A DNA stretch of 64,000 nt, from positions 64,001 through 128,000 of IMG/VR virus record IMGVR_UViG_3300023202_000142, one strand, 5' to 3'. Of the stretch, positions 63,729 through 64,000 are shown piece after piece. Both the position numbers and the translations under genes were made by a program. The notes beneath the pieces are model-generated. The model worked only from the letters and a program-made list of their open reading frames with translations, searched no databases and was not told the DNA's origin. This DNA comes from a virus. Within the stretch, counting starts at the first letter, position 1, and the number at the start of each line of letters is the position of its first letter.

Positions 63729-64000
63729 TTGGATATCGCGCATTTCGATCGCGCGATTCTGGAGTGTCTTGGCGCGGACTTCATCCCCTCCGCCGGGGGT
63801 GATGCTGTTGGGCCGAACTATAGCCCAGACCCAGACCTCGGTTTCGGGATCGAAACGCCTGATGGTGACCAGGCCCGTGATCCGAGCGATGACCCGAACT
63901 GCAAGTTCAAGGCCCCGCGACGCCAGGCAGATGTTCCGGGCGTGACCGGGTCGGGCGTTGATGGTCGTGTTCCGGTCATTATGAATACGCCGGAGGAGTC
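63729..64000 (+). CDS. 5' part of a hypothetical protein, truncated by the window edge
   Basis: TTG start after AGAAGGGG; frame open to the window end (MDIAHFDRAILECLG...VPVIMNTPEE). Confidence 0.45.
   Translation, partial: MDIAHFDRAILECLGADFIPSAGGDAVGPNYSPDPDLGFGIETPDGDQARDPSDDPNCKFKAPRRQADVPGVTGSGVDGRVPVIMNTPEE

Overview
This window is a gene-dense segment of a large, high-GC (about 60% by eye, not computed) tailed dsDNA phage with T4-like (gp20/gp21/gp23-type) head genes. Lipoprotein signals, csrA and groES point to a diderm bacterial host. Layout: (i) 1-14.5 kb accessory/early region, mostly minus strand, built from repeated promoter/operator/hairpin/RBS cassettes. It carries two PAPS-reductase-like PP-loop genes, an HNH nuclease, groES, several XRE HTH proteins, a serine recombinase, a ChaB-SNase fusion and csrA. 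(ii) 14.6-21.5 kb plus-strand membrane, lysis-like and peptidase genes. (iii) 21.6-41.7 kb replication and recombination module: two initiator-like proteins, Dda/RecD helicase, DnaC-like loader, DnaB, dCTP deaminase, primase, gp32-like SSB, second GroES, UvsW, RecA, Hjc-like, Cas4-like and RuvC-like genes. (iv) 41.7-64 kb packaging and head module: terminases, portal, protease-scaffold, major capsid, neck and fibre-like proteins. No DNA polymerase, tail sheath, tRNA or CRISPR array was recognised. The most notable unexplained structure is a candidate two-layer regulatory circuit. A 15-bp dyad operator (GTGCAC-N3-GTGCAC-like) occurs at 16 sites, mostly on sigma70-like promoters. Six 5' leaders share an ACCCC element (the loop of a covarying hairpin in five) and a GGAGGUAG(C) RBS. 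An operator-flanked, approximately 300-nt structured ncRNA candidate (25195-25496) carries the exact RBS complement (GCUACCUCC) and a GGGG-loop hairpin. All calls come from motif recognition by eye; no database search was run. Several starts were moved from the supplied ORF track to RBS-supported codons.
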